Assembly (NCBI RefSeq): GCF_020745735.1 | Contig: NW_026867509.1 | Coordinates: forward strand, 496,001-560,000 | Length of the DNA stretch: 64,000 nucleotides | Direction of reading: 5' to 3' | Origin: Hemiscyllium ocellatum | Lineage: Eukaryota | The notes under the pieces: model-generated | Told to the model about the DNA's origin: nothing | The model's database searches: none | The model's input: only the letters and a program-made list of their open reading frames with translations | Position numbers and translations under genes: made by a program | Shown: positions 12,301-23,495 of the stretch, in pieces | How positions within the stretch are numbered: the stretch's first letter is position 1 | How the letters are laid out: each line of letters opens with the position of its first letter

Positions 12301-14392
12301 GAATCTGCAGTGGGTTACTCTTGTCCTGTGGACAATGAAAACGCATTAATCGTTTATGTGAAAAATGTTGAAGCCTTTGTCAAGTGTTCGTTCTGCAGAT
12401 TAGAAATTACATTGGACTCTCGTTACATCCTCTTCTTGTATAGTGAATTCACTCAGATTTGTCTGGTGTTTGACAGCAGTCTGACAAAAGCATGGCCAAG
12501 CTGATTGTGTCTCTTCCCAAGTACCTCCAGACTACAATCTTTCAAGGCATCTTAGTAGGTTTGATAATCAACACAATAATTAATACTCACGGCATTTTTC
12601 TGTGTGCCTTTAAATGGTTTTCAGTTTTCCTTTCTGATTCCATTCTACCATATTCCATTGCAGGACAAGTAAAAGGCATCCAAAGTTCTATGATTTTCAC
12701 ATGAGTAGGTTGGCATGTCACAAGTCAGTAGAGAATGTTAGCTCGTTTCACAGTAGGACTGTGAAGTATTTCATTTACTTCGATCTGGGTATGAAAAAAA
12801 TCAAATGGAAAGCATCTCCTCATTTTGCATCAGGCTCTTGGTTTTCAGTTTGTGGTAAGACATTGTGTACTGTGGATGCGATGTTGAGACTTCATAAGGA
12901 GACACTGTGCTGGATGTGGGAACCGGCAGCCTGTATTGGATGCTGGGGTGAACTGTTCGGAAAGTGTTTTCGCACATCATAATTTGGTGGAATGTTTTAG
13001 CAGTCGATATTGTGTTGGATGTAAGAGGACATTTATGTGCTGAGTTGGGGATTCTGCATTGTTGTACTCGAATGGTGGAGAGACACATATGCTTTTGTTG
13101 TGAGTTGCTGGATGCTAGATTCAGACATGTTCTGTTGTGAAATGGTCATTAAGATACTCTCTGCTGTTTGCCTGATAGTTTGGGACCTAGTCTGCGGGAA
13201 AACATCTTGTGCTTAGTGCAGTTCGAAACATGTGCGCTTGGCGCCATTGTGTGTGTTGATGTGGGTTAGAGTGTGTTGCGTGAGTCAAACACTGCACCTA
13301 TCGTTTTTTGATGGTACTCTTTGCTCAAAAGTGCCTGAAGACATCCTGAGTTTGCGGGTGCGTACCATGGATTCAGAGTAGATAATGAAAGTACTCGGCA
13401 GGACAGCAAGAGAGAGAGATCGGCAGCTTCGACAGCGCAAAGAACATCACAATGTTTCTTTGTCTTTAAAGCATGTTTATTGAGTCAAACAGAAGGCCGT
13501 TGACATTCATGTTCCAATCTTATGGGTTATCATGAGTGATTTGGGATCCACCTTAGTTATTTGTTTTATTTCATTGACAGAGATACATGGTCGGAAGAAT
13601 GTTCCTGTGTTGCACGAAGTTCAGTGTGGCTGCACAGAGTTGGGTTACGTAGAGACAGAGGACAATGTAGAGTCACGCTGAAACTCCCAGTGTGCAATTT
13701 GTAGAAGATGAACTAATCAGAACTTAGCATCTGTTCCAGAAGATAATCGCTGTGGCACAGACTGTGAATGCTCTGTGAATACAGACCAACTTCGTGACTC
13801 CCACTTTGAAGTATTTGTAAATCCATACCCACTCTGCGACTTTGGAGGCTCTTTAAATGCATAAAACTCTGTGATCTACATTTCGAGTCAATGTAACATA
13901 AGTTTTATTCTGATTGCAAATTTGTCATCCCTTTAAATAAAGACCTTTCTGTTACTCACTGAGTGGAATTTCGATACGTTTGGCCTCCTGTTTAACTGAG
14001 CTAGCATGCCATGCGGACAAAGCAACTTCATGATGCCCCTTGTGATGTCGAAGCTGCCGAGCTCTCTTTTCCACTATCCTGCCGAGTACAACCATTTTCA
14101 ACTCTTAAACTAGACCTGTTTTGAGACACACTCATCTGCTTTCCTGCAACCTTGCAAATCAAATTATTTTCATAGAACTGAAACACATGTTTCGTTTTGT
14201 TGAAGAAGATAAACTGAACATGTTTGTTTAGTTACTGTAATTAATGTAAGTCTCGGTGGGCTGTAAATACGTCACTGGAGTGCTTCTCCCTTTTATTAAT
14301 AAGGACCAGCTTTGAATATTTCATTCCACAGTACTGTCAGAAGTATCACCTCTTACACAACTGATATCCTTTCGAACACAGAAAGGGAAGCA

Positions 14393-14489
14393 ATGGTGCA
14401 GAGTCGTCTATCTGAATGGCAAATTCGGAGGTTCATGTATGAATTTCAAAAGTTTTACTATCCTGTTCTTGCTGCTGTGGGCGTTCCTG
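14393..14489 (+). CDS. GPR139-like class-A GPCR, exon 1
   Basis: MVQSRLSEWQIRRFMYEFQKFYYPVLAAVGVP-G followed by GTAAGT; phase 1 donor matching the exon 2 acceptor. Confidence 0.85.
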
Positions 14490-15866
14490 GTAAGTGTTTG
14501 CTCAGTTTTTTTTTACGACCCTTTCGAAGTATTTGCAAGTGGAAGGCTAGGCTAGCATTTATTGCCTACCATTTATTCCCTCAGGAAAGCTGATAATAAG
14601 TCATCTTCTAGATGTCTGGTAATCCATATCTTTTAGCAACACTTGATATGTTGCTATGAATGGACATCTAGGGTTTTGATAAAGCGATCTTAAAGCAAAA
14701 TACTTCAAAGTCAGTGGCATTTTAGGGGACATTGCAGTTGGCGGCTGTCCAATGAATCTGTGACTTTTGCCCTTCGAAATGGTGAAGGCACCAGGCGTTG
14801 AAAGCCCTGTTGAAGGTTCCTTTCATGTTCCTTTCGTGAATCTATTGTTATTGCACAGTGCTGCCAATGTGCACTTCTGATGACGGGAGTGAATGTTGAA
14901 TTTGGTAAATAGGGTTAATCAGGTGATGTATTTTTCTGCTGTTCTTGTAGGATCACTCATCCATCATATACTTGAATTTTGACATTGGATCATTGCCAAA
15001 CTTGGGAGACACAAAGGGCGAGACACATGCTGTTGACTTCTCAGTTTCAGATCTGCTGTCATTGACACATTATTTCTACGACTGATCAAATTGCAATCTT
15101 TGGCAAGTGCAGCCCCAAGAGAAATAACGCCTGAATTAGCAGAGGGAAAATGCAATCTGTCCTCTCGAATTTGCTCAGCAAATCCATAATTTCATGGCTG
15201 GTCTGATTACACCATAACATACAAGATGTTGTTCACTCGACAAGCTTTCACCTCTTTCCTGTCAAGAATCTTGTGCTTAAAACTTACAAAGATTTTGCTT
15301 CAACAAAACTTTGAGAGAGATAATACCAAAGTCTAACGGGTCTCTGTGACACAAAGCAATCTCATATTCGCTACCTGATATTGAAGTTGATTTTGTATGG
15401 CTTTGCCACTGACGGTAACTTTACTGAATATCAAGGGGACACTGCTCGCTTCTCCCTTGCTCGAAATTACATTGTCTAGAATGTCTGGGACGTAAATGTA
15501 GCTTGCCAATTATTAGCCCAAACGTTTTATAATTAAATGTTTCCTTACGGCCTTCATGAATCTAAGTTAAATAATCCAATTATTGATACTGTTAAATTAA
15601 TGCATGCTACTGAATGAGGGTTTGATACCATTCTTTGGTTCAATGCTTGTCCGATTTCTTATGAAAGCTCTGACTTTACTGAAAGCCATTTTCCCCTTTG
15701 ATCATGTTTCGGAGCAATTAACTATTACTAGAAATCAATAGACGCTTCAACCTACAAGAAAGTTTACAAACCGTACATCAGATTCAGCAGGAGAAAAATA
15801 TTTGTATCACATATCACATATATCACATAATTATGGGTGTATAGCACGGACACGTTGTTGATGGTC

Positions 15867-15879
15867 TTTAAGTGAGATA
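15867..15879 (+). repeat. Target-site duplication, left copy (tttaagtgagata)
   Basis: Identical 13-mer at 21226-21238 on the other side of the PLE palindrome. Confidence 0.85.
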
Positions 15880-15917
15880 TTGTTGTGGTTCTGCTCGCCG
15901 AGCTGGAAGTTTTTGCT

Positions 15918-15957
15918 GCAAACGTTTCGTTCCCTGGCTAGGGAACATCATCAGTGC
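15918..15957 (-). ncRNA. Minimal hammerhead ribozyme motif in pLTR
   Basis: gca-CTGATGA-t-gttccct-agcc-agggaac-GAAA-CGTT-tgc. Confidence 0.75.
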
Positions 15958-17960
15958 GGTGGGAGCCTCGTGTGAAGCGCTGCTTTGATGTTTCTTCCGG
16001 TATTTATATTGGTTTGTTCTTGCCGCTTCCGGGTGCCAGTTTCAGCTGCAGTGATTTGTATCTGGGGTCCAGGTCGATGTGTCTGTTGATGGATGTTCTT
16101 GCCGTTTCCGGGTGTCAGTTTCAGCTGTAGTGGTTTGTATATGGTGTCCAGGTCAATGTGTCTATTGATGGAGTTTGGGGATGAATGCCATGCTTCTAGG
16201 AATTCTCTGGCTGTTCTCTGTCTGGCTTGTCCTATGATAGTGGTGTTTTCCCAGTCAAATTCATGTTGCTGGTTGTCTGAGTGTATGGCTACTAGAGATA
16301 GCTGGTCGTGTCGTTTTGTGGCTAGCTGATGTTCGTGGATGCGGATTGTTAGCTGTCTTCCTGTTTGTCCTATATAGTGTTTTGTGCAGTCCTTGCATGG
16401 TATTTTGTAAACTACGTTAGTTTGGCTCATGCTGGGTATTGGGTCCTTTGTTCTAGTGAGTTGTTGTCTGAGCGTGAATGTTGGCTTGTGTGCTGTTATG
16501 AGTCCTAAGGGTCGCAGTAGTCTGGCTGTCAGTTCTGAGACACTCCTGACGTATGGTAGAGTGGCTAGTCCTTTTGGTTGTGGCATGTCCTCGTTCCGTG
16601 GTCTATCTCTTAGGCATCTGGTGATAAAGTTGCGTGGGTATCCGTTTTTGGCGAATACCTTGTATAGATGTTCCTCTTCCTCTTTTCGCAGTTCTGGTGT
16701 ACTGCAGTGTGTTGTGGCCCTTTTGAATAGTGTCCTGATGCAGCTTCGTTTGTGTGTGTTGGGGTGGTTACTTTCATAGTTTAAGACTTGGTCTGTGTGT
16801 GTTGGTTTCCTGTGTATCCTTGTGGTGAATTCTCCGTTGGGTGTTCTCTCTACTAACACGTCTAGGAATGGGAGTTGGCTATCCTTTTCTTCTTCTCGTG
16901 TGAATCGGATTCCTGTGAGCGTGGCATTGATGATTCTGTGTGTTTTTTCTATATCTGTGTTTTTGATGATTACAAAGGTGTCATCAACATATCTGATCCA
17001 GAGTTTGGGTTGGATTTGTGTTATGGCTGTATGTTCTAATCTTTGCATAACTGCCTCTGCTATGAGTCCCGAGATTGGTGATCCCATGGGTGTTCCGTTG
17101 ATTTGTTCGTATATCTGATTGTTGAATGTAAAGTGTGTGGTGAGGCACAGGTCCAGTAGTTTAAGTATGCCGTCCTTGTTGATAGGTTCGGCCTCCTGTG
17201 TTCTGTTATGTATGTCCAGTAGGTTGGCTATTGTTTCTCTGGCTAGGGTTTTGTCAATTGAAGTGAACAGTGCCGTCACGTCGAATGATACCATGGTTTC
17301 TTCTTTGTCTATGTGTGTCTTCCTGATGACGTCCAAGAATTCCTGTGTTGATTGTATGGAGTGTTTGGATCCGCTGACTAGGTGTTTCAGTTTTTGTTGT
17401 AGTTCTTTGGCCAGTTTGTATGCTGGTGTCCCTGGTAGTGATACTATGGGTCTGAGTGGGATGTCTGGTTTGTGTACTTTGGGTAGTCCATAGAATCTGG
17501 GGGTGTTGTTGCTTTCAGGTTTCATTCTTTGCTGGTCCGCTTTGGTTATCTGTCCGTTTTTTTGTAGATTCTTTAGTGTGTTGATTATTCTATTGGTGAG
17601 TTGTGGTGTGGGGTCGGAATCCTTCATTTGGTAGGTGTTGGTGTCTGCGAGTAGTTGTTGTGCTTTACTGATGTAGTCTGATTTATCTAGGATGACCGTC
17701 ATTCTGCCTTTATCTGCCGGTAGTATGATTATGTTTTTGTCATTTTTCCGTGCTTTCAGTGCTTCCCTCTCCTTGGTGTTGAGGTTATGTGTTTGTCGTT
17801 TTCTTATCATCATGGGTACTGCCGTTTGTCTCACTGTTTGTTGTGTCTCTTCTGTCAGTCCATTGTTCCTGAGTGTGCTTTCTAGTGCTGCTGGGAAGTC
17901 TGCTGTGTTGACATCCCTGTGGTTGTGTTTGAGTCCCTTGGCCAGTATAGTTCTTTCCAT
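15951..17960 (-). CDS. PLE reverse transcriptase + GIY-YIG endonuclease (left arm, 669 aa)
   Basis: FYGLPKVHK, SFDVTALFT, GTPMGSPIS, RYVDD, VVYKIPC...YIGQTGR motifs. Confidence 0.93.
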   Translation of the reverse strand: MERTILAKGLKHNHRDVNTADFPAALESTLRNNGLTEETQQTVRQTAVPMMIRKRQTHNLNTKEREALKARKNDKNIIILPADKGRMTVILDKSDYISKAQQLLADTNTYQMKDSDPTPQLTNRIINTLKNLQKNGQITKADQQRMKPESNNTPRFYGLPKVHKPDIPLRPIVSLPGTPAYKLAKELQQKLKHLVSGSKHSIQSTQEFLDVIRKTHIDKEETMVSFDVTALFTSIDKTLARETIANLLDIHNRTQEAEPINKDGILKLLDLCLTTHFTFNNQIYEQINGTPMGSPISGLIAEAVMQRLEHTAITQIQPKLWIRYVDDTFVIIKNTDIEKTHRIINATLTGIRFTREEEKDSQLPFLDVLVERTPNGEFTTRIHRKPTHTDQVLNYESNHPNTHKRSCIRTLFKRATTHCSTPELRKEEEEHLYKVFAKNGYPRNFITRCLRDRPRNEDMPQPKGLATLPYVRSVSELTARLLRPLGLITAHKPTFTLRQQLTRTKDPIPSMSQTNVVYKIPCKDCTKHYIGQTGRQLTIRIHEHQLATKRHDQLSLVAIHSDNQQHEFDWENTTIIGQARQRTAREFLEAWHSSPNSINRHIDLDTIYKPLQLKLTPGNGKNIHQQTHRPGPQIQITAAETGTRKRQEQTNINTGRNIKAALHTRLPPH

Positions 17961-18539
17961 GTCTGTGAGCTGTCTGTGGAGAGGTTTTTAACCTAGTTGT
18001 GTGTTGTAGTGTCCTCCTTTTTGTGTGTTAGTTTGTCCATTTTTTCTCTTAGTGCTTTTTTTTGCGGAGTGTTGTCCTGTTCTGTCCTATAGTGATAGCC
18101 TGTTCTATGGTCCGGGTCCATTCCTGATTAGTGGTTTTTGAAATTAACGACTTTTGGCGCGCAATTTCTTGCTTGTATCTGTGCAGTCGGTTGTGAGCGT
18201 CTGTGATCATTACCTGGACCATACTGAATCCGTTCTTCTTGGCTGTTTCCCTGGCTTGTGGGTTATTTACTGGAGGTCTGTACTTGACACATTGTGGAAG
18301 GATTTGATTTTTTCGGCATTCGTGGAGGAACCGGAGTTGTTCATATGTTGCGCTGAGGCGGTTAGCGCAGGATTCCCATCTCCTGGCTTGTTTCAGCGTT
18401 TCTCGCCCGTAAGTGTTTAAAATCTGATTGAAGATTTGTAGCTCGGGTATCCGTTGTTGTGGTTCTGCTCGCCGAGCTGGAAGTTTTTGCTGCAAACGTT
18501 TCGTTCCCTGGCTAGGGAACATCACACGAGGCTCCCACC

Positions 18540-18579
18540 GCACTGATGATGTTCCCTAGCCAGGGAACGAAACGTTTGC
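18540..18579 (+). ncRNA. Minimal hammerhead ribozyme motif in pLTR
   Basis: Stem I gca/tgc, CTGATGA core, 7-bp stem II, GAAA, palindromic ACGT, GUU triplet. Confidence 0.75.
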
Positions 18580-19079
18580 AGCAAAAACTTCCAGCTCGGC
18601 GAGCAGAACCACAACAACGGATACCCGAGCTACAAATCTTCAATCAGATTTTAAACACTTACGGGCGAGAAACGCTGAAACAAGCCACGAGATGGGAATC
18701 CTGCGCTAACCGCCTCAGCGCAACATATGAACAACTCCGGTTCCTCCACGAATGCCGAAAAAATCAAATCCTTCCACAATGTGTCAAGTACAGACCTCCA
18801 GTAAATAACCCACAAGCCAGGGAAACAGCCAAGAAGAACGGATTCAGTATGGTCCAGGTAATGATCACAGACGCTCACAACCGACTGCACAGATACAAGC
18901 AAGAAATTGCGCGCCAAAAGTCGTTAATTTCAAAAACCACTAATCAGGAATGGACCCGGACCATAGAACAGGCTATCTCTATAGGACAGAACAGGACAAC
19001 ACTCCGCAAAAAAACGGCACTAAGAGAAAAAATGGACAAACTAATACACAAAAAGGAGGACACTACAACACACAACTAG
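18546..19079 (+). CDS. PLE N-terminal region (177 aa), in frame with the RT ORF but ended by TAG
   Basis: TAG at 19077-19079, then 11 in-frame codons to ATG 19113. The old copy near 53580 has TGG at this position. Confidence 0.6.
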   Translation: MMFPSQGTKRLQQKLPARRAEPQQRIPELQIFNQILNTYGRETLKQATRWESCANRLSATYEQLRFLHECRKNQILPQCVKYRPPVNNPQARETAKKNGFSMVQVMITDAHNRLHRYKQEIARQKSLISKTTNQEWTRTIEQAISIGQNRTTLRKKTALREKMDKLIHKKEDTTTHN

Positions 19080-19112
19080 GTTAAAAACCTCTCCCACAGA
19101 CAGCTCACAGAC

Positions 19113-21122
19113 ATGGAAAGAACTATACTGGCCAAGGGACTCAAACACAACCACAGGGATGTCAACACAGCAGACTTCCTAGCAGCACTAGAAAGCACAC
19201 TCAGGAACAATGGACTGACAGAAGAGACACAACAAACAGTGAGACAAACGGCAGTACCCATGATGATAAGAAAACGACAAACACATAACCTCAACACCAA
19301 GGAGAGGGAAGCACTGAAAGCACGGAAAAATGACAAAAACATAATCATACTACCGGCAGATAAAGGCAGAATGACGGTCATCCTAGATAAATCAGACTAC
19401 ATCAGTAAAGCACAACAACTACTCGCAGACACCAACACCTACCAAATGAAGGATTCCGACCCCACACCACAACTCACCAATAGAATAATCAACACACTAA
19501 AGAATCTACAAAAAAACGGACAGATAACCAAAGCGGACCAGCAAAGAATGAAACCTGAAAGCAACAACACCCCCAGATTCTATGGACTACCCAAAGTACA
19601 CAAACCAGACATCCCACTCAGACCCATAGTATCACTACCAGGGACACCAGCATACAAACTGGCCAAAGAACTACAACAAAAACTGAAACACCTAGTCAGC
19701 GGATCCAAACACTCCATACAATCAACACAGGAATTCTTGGACGTCATCAGGAAGACACACATAGACAAAGAAGAAACCATGGTATCATTCGACGTGACGG
19801 CACTGTTCACTTCAATTGACAAAACCCTAGCCAGAGAAACAATAGCCAACCTACTGGACATACATAACAGAACACAGGAGGCCGAACCTATCAACAAGGA
19901 CGGCATACTTAAACTACTGGACCTGTGCCTCACCACACACTTTACATTCAACAATCAGATATACGAACAAATCAACGGAACACCCATGGGATCACCAATC
20001 TCGGGACTCATAGCAGAGGCAGTTATGCAAAGATTAGAACATACAGCCATAACACAAATCCAACCCAAACTCTGGATCAGATATGTTGATGACACCTTTG
20101 TAATCATCAAAAACACAGATATAGAAAAAACACACAGAATCATCAATGCCACGCTCACAGGAATCCGATTCACACGAGAAGAAGAAAAGGATAGCCAACT
20201 CCCATTCCTAGACGTGTTAGTAGAGAGAACACCCAACGGAGAATTCACCACAAGGATACACAGGAAACCAACACACACAGACCAAGTCTTAAACTATGAA
20301 AGTAACCACCCCAACACACACAAACGAAGCTGCATCAGGACACTATTCAAAAGGGCCACAACACACTGCAGTACACCAGAACTGCGAAAAGAGGAAGAGG
20401 AACATCTATACAAGGTATTCGCCAAAAACGGATACCCACGCAACTTTATCACCAGATGCCTAAGAGATAGACCACGGAACGAGGACATGCCACAACCAAA
20501 AGGACTAGCCACTCTACCATACGTCAGGAGTGTCTCAGAACTGACAGCCAGACTACTGCGACCCTTAGGACTCATAACAGCACACAAGCCAACATTCACG
20601 CTCAGACAACAACTCACTAGAACAAAGGACCCAATACCCAGCATGAGCCAAACTAACGTAGTTTACAAAATACCATGCAAGGACTGCACAAAACACTATA
20701 TAGGACAAACAGGAAGACAGCTAACAATCCGCATCCACGAACATCAGCTAGCCACAAAACGACACGACCAGCTATCTCTAGTAGCCATACACTCAGACAA
20801 CCAGCAACATGAATTTGACTGGGAAAACACCACTATCATAGGACAAGCCAGACAGAGAACAGCCAGAGAATTCCTAGAAGCATGGCATTCATCCCCAAAC
20901 TCCATCAATAGACACATTGACCTGGACACCATATACAAACCACTACAGCTGAAACTGACACCCGGAAACGGCAAGAACATCCATCAACAGACACATCGAC
21001 CTGGACCCCAGATACAAATCACTGCAGCTGAAACTGACACCCGGAAGCGGCAAGAACAAACCAATATAAATACCGGAAGAAACATCAAAGCAGCGCTTCA
21101 CACGAGGCTCCCACCGCACTGA
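19113..21122 (+). CDS. PLE reverse transcriptase + GIY-YIG endonuclease (right arm, 669 aa)
   Basis: Same motifs as the left arm; the two ORF-track proteins differ at 2 positions (P/L, G/D). Confidence 0.93.
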   Translation: MERTILAKGLKHNHRDVNTADFLAALESTLRNNGLTEETQQTVRQTAVPMMIRKRQTHNLNTKEREALKARKNDKNIIILPADKGRMTVILDKSDYISKAQQLLADTNTYQMKDSDPTPQLTNRIINTLKNLQKNGQITKADQQRMKPESNNTPRFYGLPKVHKPDIPLRPIVSLPGTPAYKLAKELQQKLKHLVSGSKHSIQSTQEFLDVIRKTHIDKEETMVSFDVTALFTSIDKTLARETIANLLDIHNRTQEAEPINKDGILKLLDLCLTTHFTFNNQIYEQINGTPMGSPISGLIAEAVMQRLEHTAITQIQPKLWIRYVDDTFVIIKNTDIEKTHRIINATLTGIRFTREEEKDSQLPFLDVLVERTPNGEFTTRIHRKPTHTDQVLNYESNHPNTHKRSCIRTLFKRATTHCSTPELRKEEEEHLYKVFAKNGYPRNFITRCLRDRPRNEDMPQPKGLATLPYVRSVSELTARLLRPLGLITAHKPTFTLRQQLTRTKDPIPSMSQTNVVYKIPCKDCTKHYIGQTGRQLTIRIHEHQLATKRHDQLSLVAIHSDNQQHEFDWENTTIIGQARQRTAREFLEAWHSSPNSINRHIDLDTIYKPLQLKLTPGNGKNIHQQTHRPGPQIQITAAETDTRKRQEQTNINTGRNIKAALHTRLPPH

Positions 21123-21155
21123 TGATGTTCCCTAGCCAGGGAACGAAACGTTTGC
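21116..21155 (+). ncRNA. Minimal hammerhead ribozyme motif in 3' pLTR
   Basis: Same motif as 18540-18579. Confidence 0.75.
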
Positions 21156-21225
21156 AGCAAAAACTTCCAGCTCGGCGAGCAGAACCACAACAACGGATAC
21201 CGGAGCTACAAATCTTCAACCAGAT

Positions 21226-21238
21226 TTTAAGTGAGATA
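21226..21238 (+). repeat. Target-site duplication, right copy
   Basis: tttaagtgagata; the first bases overlap the element's own ttttaa (microhomology). Confidence 0.85.
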
Positions 21239-22514
21239 GTTTGGCATAGTGATGAAAGTAGAAACAGTTGTCATAGCACTGAGGGAAGGAACACTTCTAT
21301 CAGTCATTGGTGGACGGTGATTTTAAAAAAGTGCTTCTTGATTTTGCTTCCAATAAGAATAGTATTATGATTAATTGAAAAAGTGAAAAGTTATCATTCA
21401 CTTCTGATTCTGATGTATCTTAGATTATTTTCAAGTTAGATTGTGAGCAATTGCACAGTTTTCCTTTCGTGCAGGATTCTGTTTCCTTGGGCCTACCTGG
21501 TGTTCATAAAATGTACCTGAAGCAAATTTAATTATGACCACACACCCTGAATTACATTTCTCTCCTAATCATCAATCTTTTTGATCGACATTCGCATAGA
21601 CCAGTGTCACTCTAGCCACTTGTGACACAAAAAATTCAACTTCTAGAATTGCAGTCATGTCACCACATCGTTATTAAGTCTGTATATATCATTCTCAGGT
21701 ATTGACACTTCTAATTTGCAAAGTAGCAAGCAAATCGTCTTTTCTCAAAATTACAAAATAGCAAACAAAAGATCAGAAGAATTATTCTCTTGCAAAGAGC
21801 AGGAGCAAGCAAATGAACAAAGGTTTGGCTCATTTGGTTCATGCTTTGTTCACCAGTCTCTGACATACTCTGAAATCTCACCTGACTGTGATTTTGCCTT
21901 CACTAACATCACCATCATATTTCGACATCGTATGTGAATGCGATAGTGACTTCTAAAACTGCTGAAATACATGTGGCCCAATTGGTGGTGGTGAGGGGTG
22001 GGGTGGAACTACCAAATGCCAGCAGAAGATTTTATAGCAGCAACAATATTCTGTACTTTTCGCGGTTCCAGTGCCTTATTTTGTGCCATATATTCCAACA
22101 AGTAGTCCTTTTTTTCATTTGCCTTAAAAGGCATTTGGTATAATTAAGTGTCTGGTTTGGCCTCTTGAAGTGTGAACTACATTGCTGGTGGAGACACTGC
22201 AGTCACGTGCCAGCTAGGCCAGGACATGAGTGCAATAGATAGGATCTTTTGGCAATTGTTTTATTGCCACCATTGGACGAAAATTTGATTCCAGATTTAT
22301 GAAATGCGTTAGATTTGTGTGTTCTGCCATGGAGAGATACGAACCTCAGTTCCCACTCAGTATCCTGGATTCATGGCTTTCCAGTCCAGGAAGAACACTA
22401 TAAAGCAATCGTGTAGTTAATGCATGTATGCTTGAGTTCTGATCTCCCCACACTACAAACTCTCTTACATACCCTAATGGGCACATTTTATGATGTTTTC
22501 TGGCTACAAACGCA

Positions 22515-22625
22515 GGCACACATGCACACACACACACCAAACACATGCGTGCGCGCGCACACACACAAACACAAACACACACACACGCACACACACGCAC
22601 TCACGCACGCAAACACACACTCACA
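22515..22625 (+). repeat. Imperfect (CA)n microsatellite
   Basis: cacacaca/cgcgcg run visible directly. Confidence 0.85.
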
Positions 22626-23495
22626 GTCTAATGATCCTGAACATAAATCTGGGTTGATTCACAGGCAACAAACCCAAGTCACAGTCCAACATTGCGAATA
22701 TAAGCTGATTTTCGAGCAATAACCCATAGACTTTGTGGAATGATTAAGAGAAGGAATTTACATTGATTTGCCCAAAAAGCCGCTATTACTGGACAATGTT
22801 CATACGCAGGAATCTTGCTTGCTGCTGCCATTCCAAGTCACGTTCAATGGCTAGATATTAGAAATGGAATTAAGATCAATATCACATAATAAACCCAGAG
22901 TCTCTGAGAAATTATCAGGGGAAACAAAATAATCACGTGACATTATTTTCCCTCATTCACCCAGAAGTGAAGAATAATGATGTGAAGCAGGATTTGGATT
23001 GGTTTCTCACAATAATCCAGTGTCAATGTATTGCATAACAAATCATCTTGATTCTCTGGTAATCAATGTGTAATGATCAGGTGTGTGAACTTTTAGGATG
23101 TCAGATTATAGCCACGCAACATGTTCTGAACGGTTTCACTGAGTTCATTGCAACTCTTATGCTGAGGTTCCACTCATTTGTTGCAGGTAATTTCTAAAAG
23201 TCTTACCTCTCCTTTACCTACGACTGGAGGCTATAGGCAGATTACGCATTTTACGTGATTACCTGAAGTGTTATTACTTCTGTTCGAGATCGTGCTGATA
23301 ATGTTTTGCATAATATGCTACGTTTTGTTAAAAGATGAATTATTTTACCTAGAAAAAGTGATGTGAAACGTGTAGGCATGTTAATCCTTTGCTGTTCACA
23401 TTAATTCAGAACAAATCTTAACAAATACTCAATGAAACTGTTAAGTGTGCTTCCAAGTTGATTTATAACTTGTTTTTCTTTACTTTTCCTTGCAG

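Larger units (their letters stand above)
15880..21225. mobile_element. Poseidon/Penelope-type PLE head-to-head inverted dimer (5.35 kb)
   Basis: Left arm 15880-18524 (-) is a near-perfect reverse complement of 18547-21193 (+), with a 22-nt loop. pLTR direct repeat at 18525-18651 and ~21102-21228. Confidence 0.95.

Noticed and set aside
16093-20980. Many 78-124-aa ORFs antisense to the PLE ORFs, and similar ones at 53431-55625
   Set aside because: Shadow ORFs of the A/C-rich PLE coding strand, duplicated only because the element is palindromic.
15880-21225. Palindrome as a sequencing fold-back chimera
   Set aside because: The flanks are unique and non-mirrored and share a 13-bp TSD, and the GPCR exons stay collinear across it. 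Disfavoured, but not formally excluded without reads.
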